From assembly GCF_004010195.1 (NCBI RefSeq), contig NC_057753.1, forward strand, positions 2,333,285 to 2,395,284: a stretch of 62,000 nucleotides of DNA. The letters run 5' to 3'. The DNA is from Chiloscyllium plagiosum. Lineage: Eukaryota. Made by a program: the position numbers and the translations under genes. Shown here in pieces: positions 25,101 through 37,719 of this stretch (positions are counted from its first letter, which is position 1; each line of letters begins with the position of its first letter). The notes under the pieces are model-generated. The model was not told the origin of the DNA and searched no databases. It saw only the letters and a list, made by a program, of their open reading frames with translations.

Positions 25101-25870
25101 ATATATGCCACTGCTGCCAACTCAGCTGCTTGAGCACTCTTTGTCAGTTTGAGAGCTATATTACCAACTTCGACTCCATGTTCATCGTCCACATTGATAC
25201 CATAACTTGTTTTCCGTTCTCCATTCTGTTCTAATAAGGAGTCGTCACAAAATGTTTAAGAGGGCGTTTGGCATTTTCTTGCTGCTCTCCTGCTTCTGCC
25301 TCTATCTGTCTCCTGTCTTGAATAATCACTGTGTTCTCTTTCACAGTTTTCTCTCCTATTTGTTTTGAAACAAATGGTGCATTGGGATCATTTGCTATCA
25401 CCACTTGACACTCATGGGTTGTCCCCTGGTAATCAATTTGTCTGCGAACACTGAAGTACTTTTAACCCTTTCTGCCTCAATGTTTCTCCTTTGTAATAAC
25501 AACATCCATGTAGCAATTCCTTTTGGCTCATGGTGCCAGTTTTAATACATCCATCCAGAAATAGTTGGTGGGTGTATGTTCCGTCAAAATTGTCAATGCT
25601 TCAAGCCTACAATGCAGGTAAAACGTGATACTTTCCAGAACAGTGCCAATAAGTGCATTTCGCGTGCTGTGAATCCCTGCTTCACTGGTATTATCGTGCC
25701 GTGAGGCATAGGCAATTGGTCTTGACTGACCATGAATCTCTTGCAACAAGACCATTGATATTGTGGAATGCATTGCCACAATTTCCAGGGAGAAAGGGTC
25801 AGTCGGTACCATTGTTGCCCATTGCTGATTATGACAAAATAGTTTTAATTTCGAATAATATCAGTGATCG
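22200..25870 (-). mobile_element. Degenerate endogenous retrovirus-like element: tether, RNase HI, integrase with GPY/F motif, post-integrase region and probable 3' LTR
   Basis: Minus-strand peptides: LLQEIHGQSRPIAYASR..EMHLLALFW..LTEHTP (25500-25800), SAQAAELAAV (~25120), MERMNRTLKNML...FSPYRLMTG (~24000) and FLDPRFAGPY (~23720). Confidence 0.8.
23205..23331 (-). mobile_element. Short Penelope-like pLTR foldback insertion
   Basis: 14-bp target site duplication CATCCCTTCCTATA (23191-23204, 23332-23345). Same family as the element at 31155-32649. Ends in the hairpin GTTTCGGGCATAGGCTTATGCCCGAAAC. Confidence 0.85.
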
Positions 25871-27608
25871 AGGACGGTAAAGGTTCTAGGAGCAGGAAGA
25901 AGCAATGAATAACTGTCATTCTTTCTCCACAGACGTGTCTCGTCTTCTTTGGATTATCAACATTTTTCGATATATTCCATCTATTGGGGTTAAGTTCACT
26001 GTTGATATCTTTATTTCAGAATGGTTGTATTTATGATGCCCAATTCTCGCTGTACATGCCCAATTATATTCCAGGCTCTTCCAATTCAAGTAGCTTCAAT
26101 TGCAGGACTGGCAATCAAGATTGAAAAAAGTTAAAGTTGCAAAAATTTGAAATTATGGAATTGCATTTTCAGATATTCATCTGAATATTCAGGTCTTTTC
26201 TTTGCGGAAATTTAAATAGCACACATTTTAAAGGTCTCTTTAAAACGGTTCATTATATTTTTGGCCATGTTGCGAGCAGTATGTTTGAGGAGTGGAAGAC
26301 AGGCTGAAGTTATCAACTTGAACACGACAAGTTTCTAAAATTGCATTGAAATAAATGTTGAGAACTTATTTTTCACAATCTTCTGTTCATTGAGAAAGGA
26401 ATGCTGTTGAATCTACGGAATGTTAATTTGCTGCTCTACTTATTTCCACAAAAGAGTAAAATAACAACGGGTGTTCAAAAAACGATCGATCGAACAACCG
26501 TGCAGACCACCGATTTCCACCTCACTCCCACTCTGGTCACCGTAGAATGACAATTCAATTGCAAAAATGCCACGGGACAAGAATTTACACCGCTCTTTTG
26601 TTCTATTATTAATTTCTGTGAAATTGCACTGAATGAGTGAGGATCAGGAATATCAAGTATCAAGAGAGCAGAAACATTTGAATGTCTTAAAGAAGAACGT
26701 TCTAAACTTTTTTTTCACAGATTCAATGGCGTCAGAAAAGCTTGATATTCGTATTTTTATTAATACATCATATAGTAGGTTGGAGTTACTAATTTGGTTA
26801 CATACTACAAGAGAAAAGAGACAATGCTGTAATTTATCAAAAAAAATTAGTTCGATGTCAGCTGGAGTATTTTGTACAGATTTGCTCATTCGATGGAGTA
26901 CGGGAGTGCATTGGTGGGACTTCCGCAGACATTTATGAAAATGTATCCAGGGATGAAGAGCTTCAGCTAAAAATTGCGATGTGAGAAATTGAGACAATTT
27001 CCCTTTGAGATTTAAAAGAAATCTTAAAAGTGGTTGCAAAATCGTGGGAGGTTCAAAGAGAAAGATAGCGATACACTGGTCCCCGTTATGAAAAGATGCA
27101 AAATGGGAGTGCAGAGATTAAATCGAACTTGTGAATGAAGCAGATGCTGGAGAATAGAATATGCTTTATTACACACTTAGTGGTCAAGTTCACGAATGGA
27201 CTTTCTCGAATAGTGGAGCAGGCAAGCTCAATCAAGGCAATAAGACTGCCATAAGGTATTTACTCTAATATAGTAATAGCAGAGATACTGGAAATGGTAG
27301 GAAAATGGTCCTAAGTTAAACGCCAACTTCGAGAGTCAGTGTTTGTACAATAAGCAGAATGGGATCACTTTGTATCATACAATTTGGCACATGACTTGAT
27401 TTCACTCTGCAGTGATCGCCAGCGCCATGAACATTCTTAAGAATGCACCTGTGATCACACAGTCATGACAGCTTGAAAACAAAATCTCTCAGATTGTTCA
27501 CTGATCAAACTAAGAAAAATATTTCTTGGAAAACGGGCTATTTGCAATCAGGACATTTAGAGGAAACGCTGTGTTATCATAAACTGTTTGTGCAGAATTT
27601 TACGGTTG

Positions 27609-28519
27609 TCACAGGTTGAGGAACTCACGTAATAACCTCAATGGATATTTCACCCCATTCATTAATTCTGCTCTGAATTTAGCCTGCACTCCGGCGTAAA
27701 TAAACGGGTTGATGCAGGAACTCAGAAGCTGAAGCATAAATCCATATTCCTCAAGAACGAATGTTGTTTCACTAGAATCAGAACCTGAGAAATAAGTAAC
27801 TTTGGCAATTCGGACATAGAGGATCGTTATCATGAATAGTAAATAGAGTAGGATGAAATTGCACGAGATGGCAAAAAGTAAAACGATGGACTTTCTCCGT
27901 TTCTCGACCTCTGGGTCACTCTGGTTCTGTCTATTGTTCTGATACCGGACTCTCCTGCGGGCTTGATTAGCTGCTCGAACATGTCTGACTGTCAGAGCAT
28001 TCAGCAGTACAATCAGAATGAATGGGAGACAAGGGGTGAGAATGGATCGCATCCAGTCAAATGCAGCCCAGGCAGGTGATGTGTAGTATATAACCTTTAG
28101 GCTACACAACCATGGTATATTGTCAATTATGTACATAGGGTCATACACAAAATATAAGAAGGCATTTTTTATACAACTCAGGGTGGAGACGATTCCTATA
28201 ACATACGCAGCCACCATCTTAGTACAATATCGTATTTTCAGCTTCTGGCATGAAATGGCCACAAATCGGTCAAACGTAAAAGTGACTGTTAGCCAGACGG
28301 AACTGTCTATAGATGCATAAATCAAGGCAGAACGTAAACTGCATAATGGAGTGATGGAAAGAAAACTTAATGGAAAATAAATCCCAGCAATCCGGTTTAA
28401 GACGACAGCAGTAACTATGACCAGGAGATCTGTCGCTGCCATTGACACCAGGTAATAGGTGATACAGCCAGAGAGGCCACATGTTTTTCGAGACAGGATC
28501 ATAATAACGACCAGGTTAG
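27609..28519 (-). CDS. GPR139-like class A GPCR gene B, exon 2 (total 326 aa)
   Basis: Minus-strand acceptor ttcatcacAG|CTAACCTG. Intact ORF with DRF, TPCLPF and NPFIY. About 85% amino-acid identity to gene A by manual count (~46 differences in ~298). Confidence 0.93.
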
Positions 28520-29109
28520 CTGTGATGAAAGAGGAAGACAGTGACAGAGAGCGAAATTATGTGTCAGAGAGTGAGAGAGAGGTGAAGAAAGATAGAGATT
28601 CCAGTGGCATCAAAACGAAAACACTGTGGATTCAAAAACACAAGGGAATGCAGTAGGATTGAATAAGCAACAAGAGTTGAATCAAGAAAGTAAATAGAAA
28701 CAATATTGAACATAAGATGCATCATCATAGACTGGAAAACTAAAACTAACTAATATCACATCTCACCACGAATCAATGTGATTCATTCCAATGTGTTACG
28801 AAAAACTCATGACTGTTGGGGAACATGTAAGTCACCTTCATTAGACTTATTCTTAAACATAGGAAAATGAACATGCAACCAACAGTTTAGCGGACACAGC
28901 TGGCAAAAAAAATGTTAATTGCTGGTCAAGGACACCGATAACTCGGAGCCCTTCAGTGTACAATAAAATGAATCTTCTGTTGAACCATTGGAGCTGACAG
29001 GTAAAGAGTTCTGTTTCAGAGAAATATCCTCTTATGATGTCACGCATGAAAGAACTTGATCAGTGCTGCCTGCAATCCATGTAATAATTGATTAATCTTA
29101 CCCTGCAGT

Positions 29110-30676
29110 TACGATATGAAATGGGGCTGAGTTGAGTATGGTTGCCATTACGAAAGAGATAGTGCTAGAAAAGTTAAAAAGTCTTAAAATTGATAAATCT
29201 CCTGGCCCCGATGGGATACACCCTAGAGTTCTGAGAGAGGTGGCTGAGGAAATAGCAGAGGCATTGGTTGAGATCTTTCAAGAGTCACTGGAGTCAGGAA
29301 AGGTCCCGGATGATTGGAAGATGGCTGTTGTAACCCCCTTGTTCAAGAAAGGATCAAGGCAAAAGATGGAAAATTATAGGCCAATCAGCTTAACCTCGGT
29401 TGTTGGTAAAATTCTAGAATCCATCATTAAGGATGAGGTTTCTAAATTCTGATTAGAACAAGTCAACATGGATTTAGTAAAGGGAGGCCATGCCTGACAA
29501 ACCTGTTGGAATTTTTTGAAGAGGTAACAAGTAGGTTAGACCAGGGAAACCCAGTGGATGTGGTCTATCTAGACTTTCAAAAGGCCTTTGATAAGGTGCC
29601 ACACGGGAGGCTGCTGAGCAAGATGAGGGCCCNNNNNNNNNNNNNNNNNNNNNNNNNNNNNNNNNNNNNNNNNNNNNNNNNNNNNNNNNNNNNNNNNNNN
29701 NNNNNNNNNNNNNNNNNNNNNNNNNNNNNNNNNNNNNNNNNNNNNNNNNNNNNNNNNNNNNNNNNNNNNNNNNNNNNNNNNNNNNNNNNNNNNNNNNNNN
29801 NNNNNNNNNNNNNNNNNNNNNNNNNNNNNNNNNNNNNNNNNNNNNNNNNNNNNNNNNNNNNNNNNNNNNNNNNNNNNNNNNNNNNNNNNNNNNNNNNNNN
29901 NNNNNNNNNNNNNNNNNNNNNNNNNNNNNNNNNNNNNNNNNNNGCCAAAGTACAGAGGGATCTGGGAGTGCTAGTCGAGGATTCTCTAAAGGTAAACATG
30001 CAGGTTGAGTCCGTGATTAAGAAAGCGAATGCAATGTTGTCTCTTATCTCAAGAGGGTTGGAATATAAAAGCAGAGATGGACTACTAAGACTTTATAAAG
30101 CTCTGGTTAGGCCCCATTTGGAGTACTGTGTCCAGTTTTGGTCCCCACCCCTCAGGAAGGACATACTGGCACTGGAACGTGTCCAGCGGAGATTCACACG
30201 GATGATCCCTGGAATGACAGGTCTAACATATGAGGAACGGCTGAGGATACTGGGATTGTATTCAATGGAGTTTAGAAGATTAAGGGGAGACTTAATAGAG
30301 ACGTACAAAATAATACATAGCTTGGAAAAGGTGGATGCTAGGAAATTGTTTCAGTTAAACGAGGAGACTAGGACCCGTGGACACAGCCTTAGAATTAGAG
30401 GGGGTCATTTCAGAACAGAAATGCGGAGACATTTCTTCAGCCAGAGAGTGGTGGGCCTGTGGAATTCATTGCCACAGAGTGCAGTGGAAGCTGGGACGCT
30501 AAATGTCTTCAAGGCCGAGATTGATAGATTCTTGTTGTCTCGAGGAATAAAGGGCTACGGGGAGAACGCTGGTAAGTGGAGCTGAAATGCGCATCAGCCA
30601 TGATTGAATGGCGGAGTGGACTCGATGGGCCGAATGGCCTTACTTCCACTCCTATGTCTTATGGTCTTATGGTCTT
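29110..30676 (+). mobile_element. Young 5'-truncated CR1 LINE in the gene B intron
   Basis: KSPGPDGIHPR, YLDFQKAFDKVPH and LVRPHLEYC motifs. (TATGGTCT)n tail at ~30655-30676. N-gap 29633-29943. Absent from the gene A intron. Confidence 0.95.
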
Positions 30677-31154
30677 AAAAGTATTGCACCACCAATTTCA
30701 GGTATGCTGCCAGATATAGTTTCTTCATCAACTTGGAAAAAGTGCTGAAGGTGGAAAGGATGCCATGCATTGTTAGATGCTGTGAGCAGGAGAAAATCTG
30801 ACTCTCGACAGTTGTCAATTTAGCGCCATTAACAGCGCAACATGTGAAAGTGGAGTACTGGAATCAAATAATGAGTATTAGAGACTGAGAACAAAGCATC
30901 ATGCTCTGTCCTCTACGGACAGTGACAATTTCATAGACAAATGCAAAGAGCTTGCTGGCTTGTATGACTGAAACCAGAGCTGTCCCGAACGATGCCTGCT
31001 CAGGAAACTGCTTCATCAAATTCAACAAGAAAATCTTCAATATTTCAACCTCGCTATCAACTAATTATTTGCAGTAACATCACTAATACACAAAGTGAAT
31101 AACGCCAAAATACCTCAGTGACACTGTGAGAATATAGTGGTATTATAAACACAG

Positions 31155-32649
31155 TTGAAACTTTATTGCTGGAACAGCACAGCAGGTCAGGCAGCATCCA
31201 GGGAACAGGAGATTCGACGTTTCGGGCACAGGCCCTTCTTCAGGAATGAGCAGAGAGTGTTCAGCAGGAGAAGATAAAAGGTAGGGAGGAGGGACTTGGA
31301 GGAGGGGAGTTGGAAATGTGATAGGTGGAAAGAGGTCAAGGTGAGGGTGATAGGTCGGAGTAGGATGGAGGCGGAGAGGTCAACAAGAAGACTGCAGGTC
31401 AGGAAGGCGGTGCCAGGCGGGAGGGATTCGGCTGAGACAAGGGGGGGGGAGGGGGATGAAGAAACTGGTGAAGTCCAAGTTCATCCCCTGCGGTTGGAGG
31501 GTTCCCAGTCGGAAGATAAGACGCTCCTCCTCCGACCGTCGGGTTGTTGTGGTTTGGCGGTGGATGAGTCCAATGACCTGCATATCCTCGGTGGAGTGGG
31601 AGGAGGAGTTGAAATGCNNNNNNNNNNNNNNNNNNNNNNNNNNNNNNNNNNNNNNNNNNNNNNNNNNNNNNNNNNNNNNNNNNNNNNNNNNNNNNNNNNN
31701 NNNNNNNNNNNNNNNNNNNNNNNNNNNNNNNNNNNNNNNNNNNNNNNNNNNNNNNNNNNNNNNNNNNNNNNNNNNNNNNNNNNNNNNNNNNNNNNNNNNN
31801 NNNNNNNNNNNNNNNNNNNNNNNNNNNNNNNNNNNNNNNNNNNNNNNNNNNNNNNNNNNNNNNNNNNNNNNNNNNNNNNNNNNNNNNNNNNNNNNNNNNN
31901 NNNNNNNNNNNNNNNNNNNNNNNNNNNNNNNNNNNNNNNNNNNNNNNNNNNNNNNNNNNNNNNNNNNNNNNNNNNNNNNNNNNNNNNNNNNNNNNNNNNN
32001 NNNNNNNNNNNNNNNNNNNNNNNNNNNNNNNNNNNNNNNNNNNNNNNNNNNNNNNNNNNNNNNNNNNNNNNNNNNNNNNNNNNNNNNNNNNNNNNNNNNN
32101 NNNNNNNNNNNNNNNNNNNNNNNNNNNNNNNNNNNNNNNNNNNNNNNNNNNNNNNNNNNNNNNNNNNNNNNNNNNNNNNNNNNNNNNNNNNNNNNNNNNN
32201 NNNNNNNNNNNNNNNNNNNNNNNNNNNNNNNNNNNNNNNNNNNNNNNNNNNNNNNNNNNNNNNNNNNNNNNNNNNNNNNNNNNNNNNNNNNNNNNNNNNN
32301 NNNNNNNNNNNNNNNNNNNNNNNNNNNNNNNNNNNNNNNNNNNNNNCCAGCCCGGCACTGCCTTCCTGACCTGTAGTCTTCTTCTTGACCTCTCCGCCTC
32401 CATCCTACTCCGACCTATCACCCTCACCTTGACCTCTTTCCACCTATCACATTTCCAACGCCCCTCCTCCAAGTCCCTCCTCCCTACCTTTTATCTTCTC
32501 CTGCTGAACACTCTCTGCTCATTCCTGAAGAATGGCCTGTGCCCGAAACGTCGAATCTCCTGTTCCCTGGATGCTGCCTGACCTGCTGTGCTGTTCCAGC
32601 AATAAAGTTTCAACTTTGATCTCCAGCATCTGCAGACCTCACTTTCTCC
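31155..32649. mobile_element. Penelope-like element with inverted pseudo-LTR arms and a GIY-YIG C-terminal remnant
   Basis: 31155-31415 and 32347-32615 are inverted repeats. ORF 31380..31583(-) RRSEEERLIFRLGTLQPQGMN matches the GIY-YIG C-terminal E..LI..L.TL.P.G.N motif. Flanking duplication TATTATAAACACAG(T) at 31141 and 32650. N-gap 31618-32346. Confidence 0.88.
31212..31247 (-). ncRNA. Minimal type I hammerhead ribozyme motif (Penelope-associated)
   Basis: Minus strand: ATTC-CTGAAGA-A-GGGC-CTGT-GCCC-GAAACGTC-GAAT (stem I, core, stem II, GAAA, UC site). Mirror copy at 32521-32556(+) has one stem II mismatch. Confidence 0.7.
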
Positions 32650-33384
32650 TATTATAAACACAGTGCACTGACAATAACACATCACACGCTGAGAACAGTT
32701 TGTTAATTGCCCACTTGAATTATGTGAACCACGCAATATTTAACAGTGATAACAGTAAGGTAAACCATATACAGTATCCTCATCAATAATCTCGTGGGAT
32801 ATTAGTTACACTGTGGTAACGGATCAATGATTCATCAACAGCAACACCACCAATGACTCTATAAATGTATAATATATTTGTGTTACTTTTCGACAACAGC
32901 ATTGGCAACAATACAATAGGATTGCATTTGTTCTGTGAAAAAAGAAGAAGAAAGCTTCATACAAAAGCAGTTTGAATAAAACTCGAAATTGATATATGCA
33001 ATGATTTGTTATTGGTAAATGAAGAAAATATGGTACTGTCAGTAGATAGTAAAAATCAAAAGGGGTGTAATTATAATGGCATCGTAAGAAACTTACACTG
33101 ATAAGTGATTATGTAATAATATTCAAGAAGAAAATTAAGCCACTAATACTGAGAAGTTATGTCATCATCTGATAGATTCTGTCATCCGCAGATGAATTAG
33201 CAGCGTTACAGTGGAAAATTATTTAGTACAGGAGAAGAGATTAGACAAGTTAGAGTGAAGAAAGTGTGCCTTAAATTAAGTTAATACACATCATGGAAGG
33301 GAAAGGGAGAAGCATTGTTGGTCAAATTGTGCAAATTATGCAGTTTAGCGATGATTGACTGAGTTACTAAGTCCAATACTTTAC

Positions 33385-33454
33385 CTGGAACCCCGATAAC
33401 GGCAAGAAAGGGATAGTAAATGGAAAACAGCAGACCCTTTGGTATTCCATGCAT
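33385..33454 (-). CDS. GPR139-like gene B, exon 1 (MHGIPKGLLFSIYYPFLAVIGVP+G)
   Basis: 70 nt, CCAG|GTAAAG donor, phase 1, in frame with the exon starting at 28519. Confidence 0.9.
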
Positions 33455-33899
33455 CTCTGCTGAAACTCTGAATGGTTTCTATAATTCACTGAAGATTGGT
33501 CGTAATTATACCTGATGCCAGGTACCAGGGACCTAATTAGATGGTTGCTGTTTTTTAAGGTTAATTTAACAATGAAATGAGTGCATCTGCTGCCTGCTAG
33601 ATTTTCTTAAGTGGAATAGAATGTTTTTGTTTTCATGAGGTTTGACGTGGCAATAAAGTGAAAAACGTAGAGATTTCATAATCACGAATGTGTGCCTCTT
33701 CTCAAATGTACAATGAGCATACTATGACTATGGGACAAAACTTCCTTTTGCATTACACAAAACGCTGAAAAATACCTTCTTTGTCAGAGGTGATAGCATT
33801 TGTATATGTCGACGCAAACATCATACTGTTCACCTGTTTACTGCAATAAAGTTTAGAAACGTTGAAAGGAAGAGTTAATTGAGTAATGAATGTAATGGC

Positions 33900-35450
33900 T
33901 CATTATGTATTATCACCAAAGAGAAATAACCAGGTAGATGAATTTGCCAAAAACGGCAACGACTAACAAAGAATGACTGTTGCAAATTGAATGAAAAGAA
34001 GTGCAGGAAAAGAAAAAGGTGGCCCAATTGATTTTGCAGGAGATCAAAGAAAGTATAATGAGTTTAAAACAAAAGTGGAAGGCAAGGCATCAGAGGAATT
34101 TCAGGGACAAATCACGTCCATGTAGAGGAGGGTGTGGTGTTGTGCAAAGGGAATTTTACAGCCGCAGATGCATAAATGAATCAGATTTTTTTGATATTAT
34201 ACTAAATATTGATATCAATGGTGGGAGAGCAGTGTGGAGAGGCAGAAAGAGATATTTTTGTGTCAACGAACGAAAGGAGATATTGAACATTATTAAAAAA
34301 TATTTAATATGCGCCCAAATTAGACTGAAGAGAAACGTGAAGAAAGGAATTCTTAGGCACATAGTGTCCCTGCACAAATCTACAAATTCGTTTTGTGTTT
34401 CCTCTCATCCTTACCAGGGGAGAATATAAACATATCCTGATGACAACAGGTACCTTCACCAAATGGATAGAGGCGTTTCCAACTCAAACTAATGCAACAA
34501 AGATTGCAGCAAAATATTTTGGTAAAGATTTGTAATCACTGGGGTTTACTGAGGAGTATAGAATCAGGTCAAGGAAGAATCATGTTACGGCTCTTTTAAT
34601 GCAGAGTGCCATGACACTGGAAGGGATTGATCAAAGGTTTCACGTACCTTGGGCCCGAATCAAGTGGACTAATGTACAGTATGAATAGAACACTGAAGAA
34701 CATGCTAGCCAATATGGCAAGCAATGTCAGAATGCTTGGCTAATAATTATCCCTCATGTCCTGATGATAATAGGAATTTCTGTGTGCTCCACTACAGGAT
34801 TTAAGGGCATGGAGAAGCATGCAATAGTAATAATGAATTGCAAATACCAGAGGGACAGGCGTGACAGCTCAGCTGTGAAGATGGCTTCAGACTTAACACC
34901 TCAACCTTTTTTGTGGTGAGACCGTAATGACAACGGCAGATACTCTGTTTAGGATAACAGAGTTACCACTTTGAGGTAGATTCGGATCCATACGAACTAA
35001 CAGGGGGATAGTGACTACAGAAATGGGACACAGATCCTGAGTGACAGCAGTTTGATGCCAAGTCACTGGCCAGTTTGGACACTGCTGGAGGAAATATCAA
35101 AGTGGATTCTTGAGTCACATCTTTAGTGGAACAATTCGAACTAAATTCAGAACTCTTTATCATGTGGCATTGGAGAGGACCCTCTCTGGGACCCACTGTT
35201 TCGGCCAAAAAAGATACAGCATTTTAAACATTTCCAATTAAATTAAACACATGCAACATTGATGTCATTATCAGCCACAGACCTCTATGTATATAATTCA
35301 GTAACACATGATCAATAATGCACAGCTCCACAGACAGCCCAAAGTCCTCCCATAATCTCATGATAATGACGAGACACTTGCATCATCCACCCTTGGGATC
35401 TTACAATTCTTCTGACGGTTGCTGACATTTACGAGCTATCCCATGTTAAT
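33900..35450 (+). mobile_element. Second remnant of the same retrovirus-like family (integrase, post-integrase region, LTR part)
   Basis: TFTKWIEAFPTQT (~34455) and MNRTLKNMLA (~34681). 34850-35010 and 35280-35430 match the reverse complement of 22700-22900 and 22330-22500. Confidence 0.75.
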
Positions 35451-36392
35451 CCCTAATAACTGGATATCTGCTAACCATGATGAATTCTTCCAAAAACTCT
35501 CATCACCTTATTACAAAAATTACAGAAGGATGTGAATTTCTACAACTGTTATAACATTTGCAACATCAGTTCCAATGTGAAGTTATATACGTACACTTGA
35601 TGTTATCGTGCAAATGTCCTTCGATTTCTTGCAATAGTTCAAGAATGCGCAGCTGAGCCTGCCATGTAGAATTATCCATGGTAACCAGGAATGTATCGGT
35701 TAAGTCAATTGGAAAATGCAGAGTTGCTTGAATAGGGGAGAGGTTTGAGTCTGGGTGAGTCAGCGTGAACTCAGAAGGCCAAAGGGCCTGCTTCTATTCT
35801 GTTTCTATGAAGGGATGTATCAGAACAACCACCCCGAAGTTTGAAGTTTAGCAAGGCTCAAAAGAAGTATACGAACCCACAATTATCTAAACTCATTGGT
35901 AACTGTTATTGGATATCAAGAAAAAGGTTATTCTGAAATGCAGCTCACAGGCATTCTGGCAGGGAGTTAGTTGAAGTTTTATGAGTAGCCAACTGTGGAC
36001 AGTAAAGAAAGAAAACACTTTGCAGGGAAGATGAAGCAACAGAGGATCTAAACATAACATCTCTAAGAGAGCAGAAGAGTTTGTAAAACATGGAAAATAA
36101 ACAATTGTAGCTCAATTCCAGATCCTTGCATTCAATTAGTGAACGAAATTCACCCTCACCAATGGAATTCGAATCGATATTGTCTTATTTAGTGAAAGGA
36201 TCGAGCATAGAAAGAGTAAGATCTATAAAGAATTTACCTTCTGTTTTAAAACCAATTCACGGCATCTGAAAAGCAGGGTTCATAAACTGCGATTGCAAAC
36301 CAGACAGATTTTGATCTCCCAGATTCTAGTGAGACAAAAAATATCCCCTATTTGTTCGCCTTTTTAAAGAAGGGTGTGGGGCTGATGTATAC

Positions 36393-36732
36393 AAAGTTAA
36401 AAATCACACAACACCAGGTTATACTCCAACAGATTTATTTGGAAGCTCTAGCTTTCGGAGCGCTGCTCCTTTATCTGGTGATCAGGAGAATATGATTGTA
36501 AGATGCAGAATTTATAGCAAAAGTTTATAGTGTGATGTAACTGAAATTATATGTTGAAACGTTCTTTTTCAGTATATAATTTCAGTCACATCACACCGTA
36601 AGCTTTTGCTATAAACTCTGTGTCTTACAATCTTATTCTCCACAACCACCTGACGAAGGAGCAGCGCTCCGAAAGCTAGTGCTTCCAAATAAATCTGTTG
36701 GACTATAATCTGGTGGTGTGTTGTTTTTTACT
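36393..36732. mobile_element. ~340-bp palindromic Penelope-like foldback element (second family)
   Basis: Left and right halves are imperfect reverse complements centred at ~36560. Carries a hammerhead motif. Confidence 0.8.
36647..36681 (+). ncRNA. Minimal type I hammerhead ribozyme motif
   Basis: CAC-CTGACGA-A-GGAGC-AGC-GCTCC-GAAAGCTA-GTG: stem I CAC/GTG, CUGANGA core, 5-bp stem II, GAAA, UA site. Confidence 0.72.
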
Positions 36733-36744
36733 CACTAGCACCTG

Positions 36745-37005
36745 GCAGCGGTAGCAATGCTCAGATTAATATTCGCTCATCCTGCCTTCTAGCTTCCAAC
36801 TTCATCTCCTCTACTCAATTTTCAGTTTCTCCACGCTTTTCCTGCCGAAATCATTTGGACAGATACGTACCACGACTTCTGGTTGCTCTCCCTCCCCCTT
36901 AAGAATCCTGTAGATTCGATCCGAGCCATCCCTGATCCTGGGACCCGGGAGGTAACATATCATACGGGAGTCTCGTTCACGAGCACAAGATCTCCTGTCT
37001 GTTCC
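36745..37005 (-). mobile_element. CR1 ORF1 esterase fragment
   Basis: ERDSRMICYLPGPRIRD...ILKGEGEQPEVVV within ORF 36811..37206. Confidence 0.8.
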
Positions 37006-37719
37006 TGACTGTGGCATTTTTACTATTGCTTGTGCAAGGAACTGCGTCGGATAGACTGCATCTTTGCTGCTTCTCCCCATTGATGAAACCACATAAACAG
37101 TGTTTATAACACTAAATGTTCCACGCAGAAGCAGGAAAACAAAGAGGCCAGTGTCATATATATATGACAAACAAGCTAAATAATGATTTTTTTTGTGTGC
37201 CTTCACAGATCATCTCTGAATAAGTGGCTCAATGAGCCAGTGACGTGGAGGAAATGAAAGGAAAACTGATTTGCTGTGAGAAATTTGTGTTGAAGAAATT
37301 TGTGGAATTGTAGCATGACAAATGGTTGAAACATAATATTCAGCATTCTATCCCTAATCTTCTGAAGGATGTGGGAGTAATGAAGGTCAATAGTGCAGTG
37401 ATGATGATCTTCCAAAATTCCATACATTCTGAAATGTTTGGTGAAATTTGTGAATTAACAAATTTTATCCGATTATGTTAAGACACAAGCAGAAAGAAAA
37501 GTGGGAGCCGTAGATCGGTTAGCCTTGTACCACCCGTTGGGAATATGTTTGATTCTGTTGATAACGGTGATGTAGTTGTCATCTGGTGTGCTGATCTCCA
37601 CCTTGCAGAGGTTGAATAACTACAATCAGAAACTAGCTTCTCTCTACTATGAAGCATGGCTGTGCATCAATCATTTGTTTGTAGGACGTCACTTTCTGTA
37701 ATATGAGAGTCGCTAGATG

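Noticed and set aside
36445..36480. Second hammerhead in the left arm of the palindrome
   Set aside because: The core is mutated (CAGATAA instead of CTGANGA).
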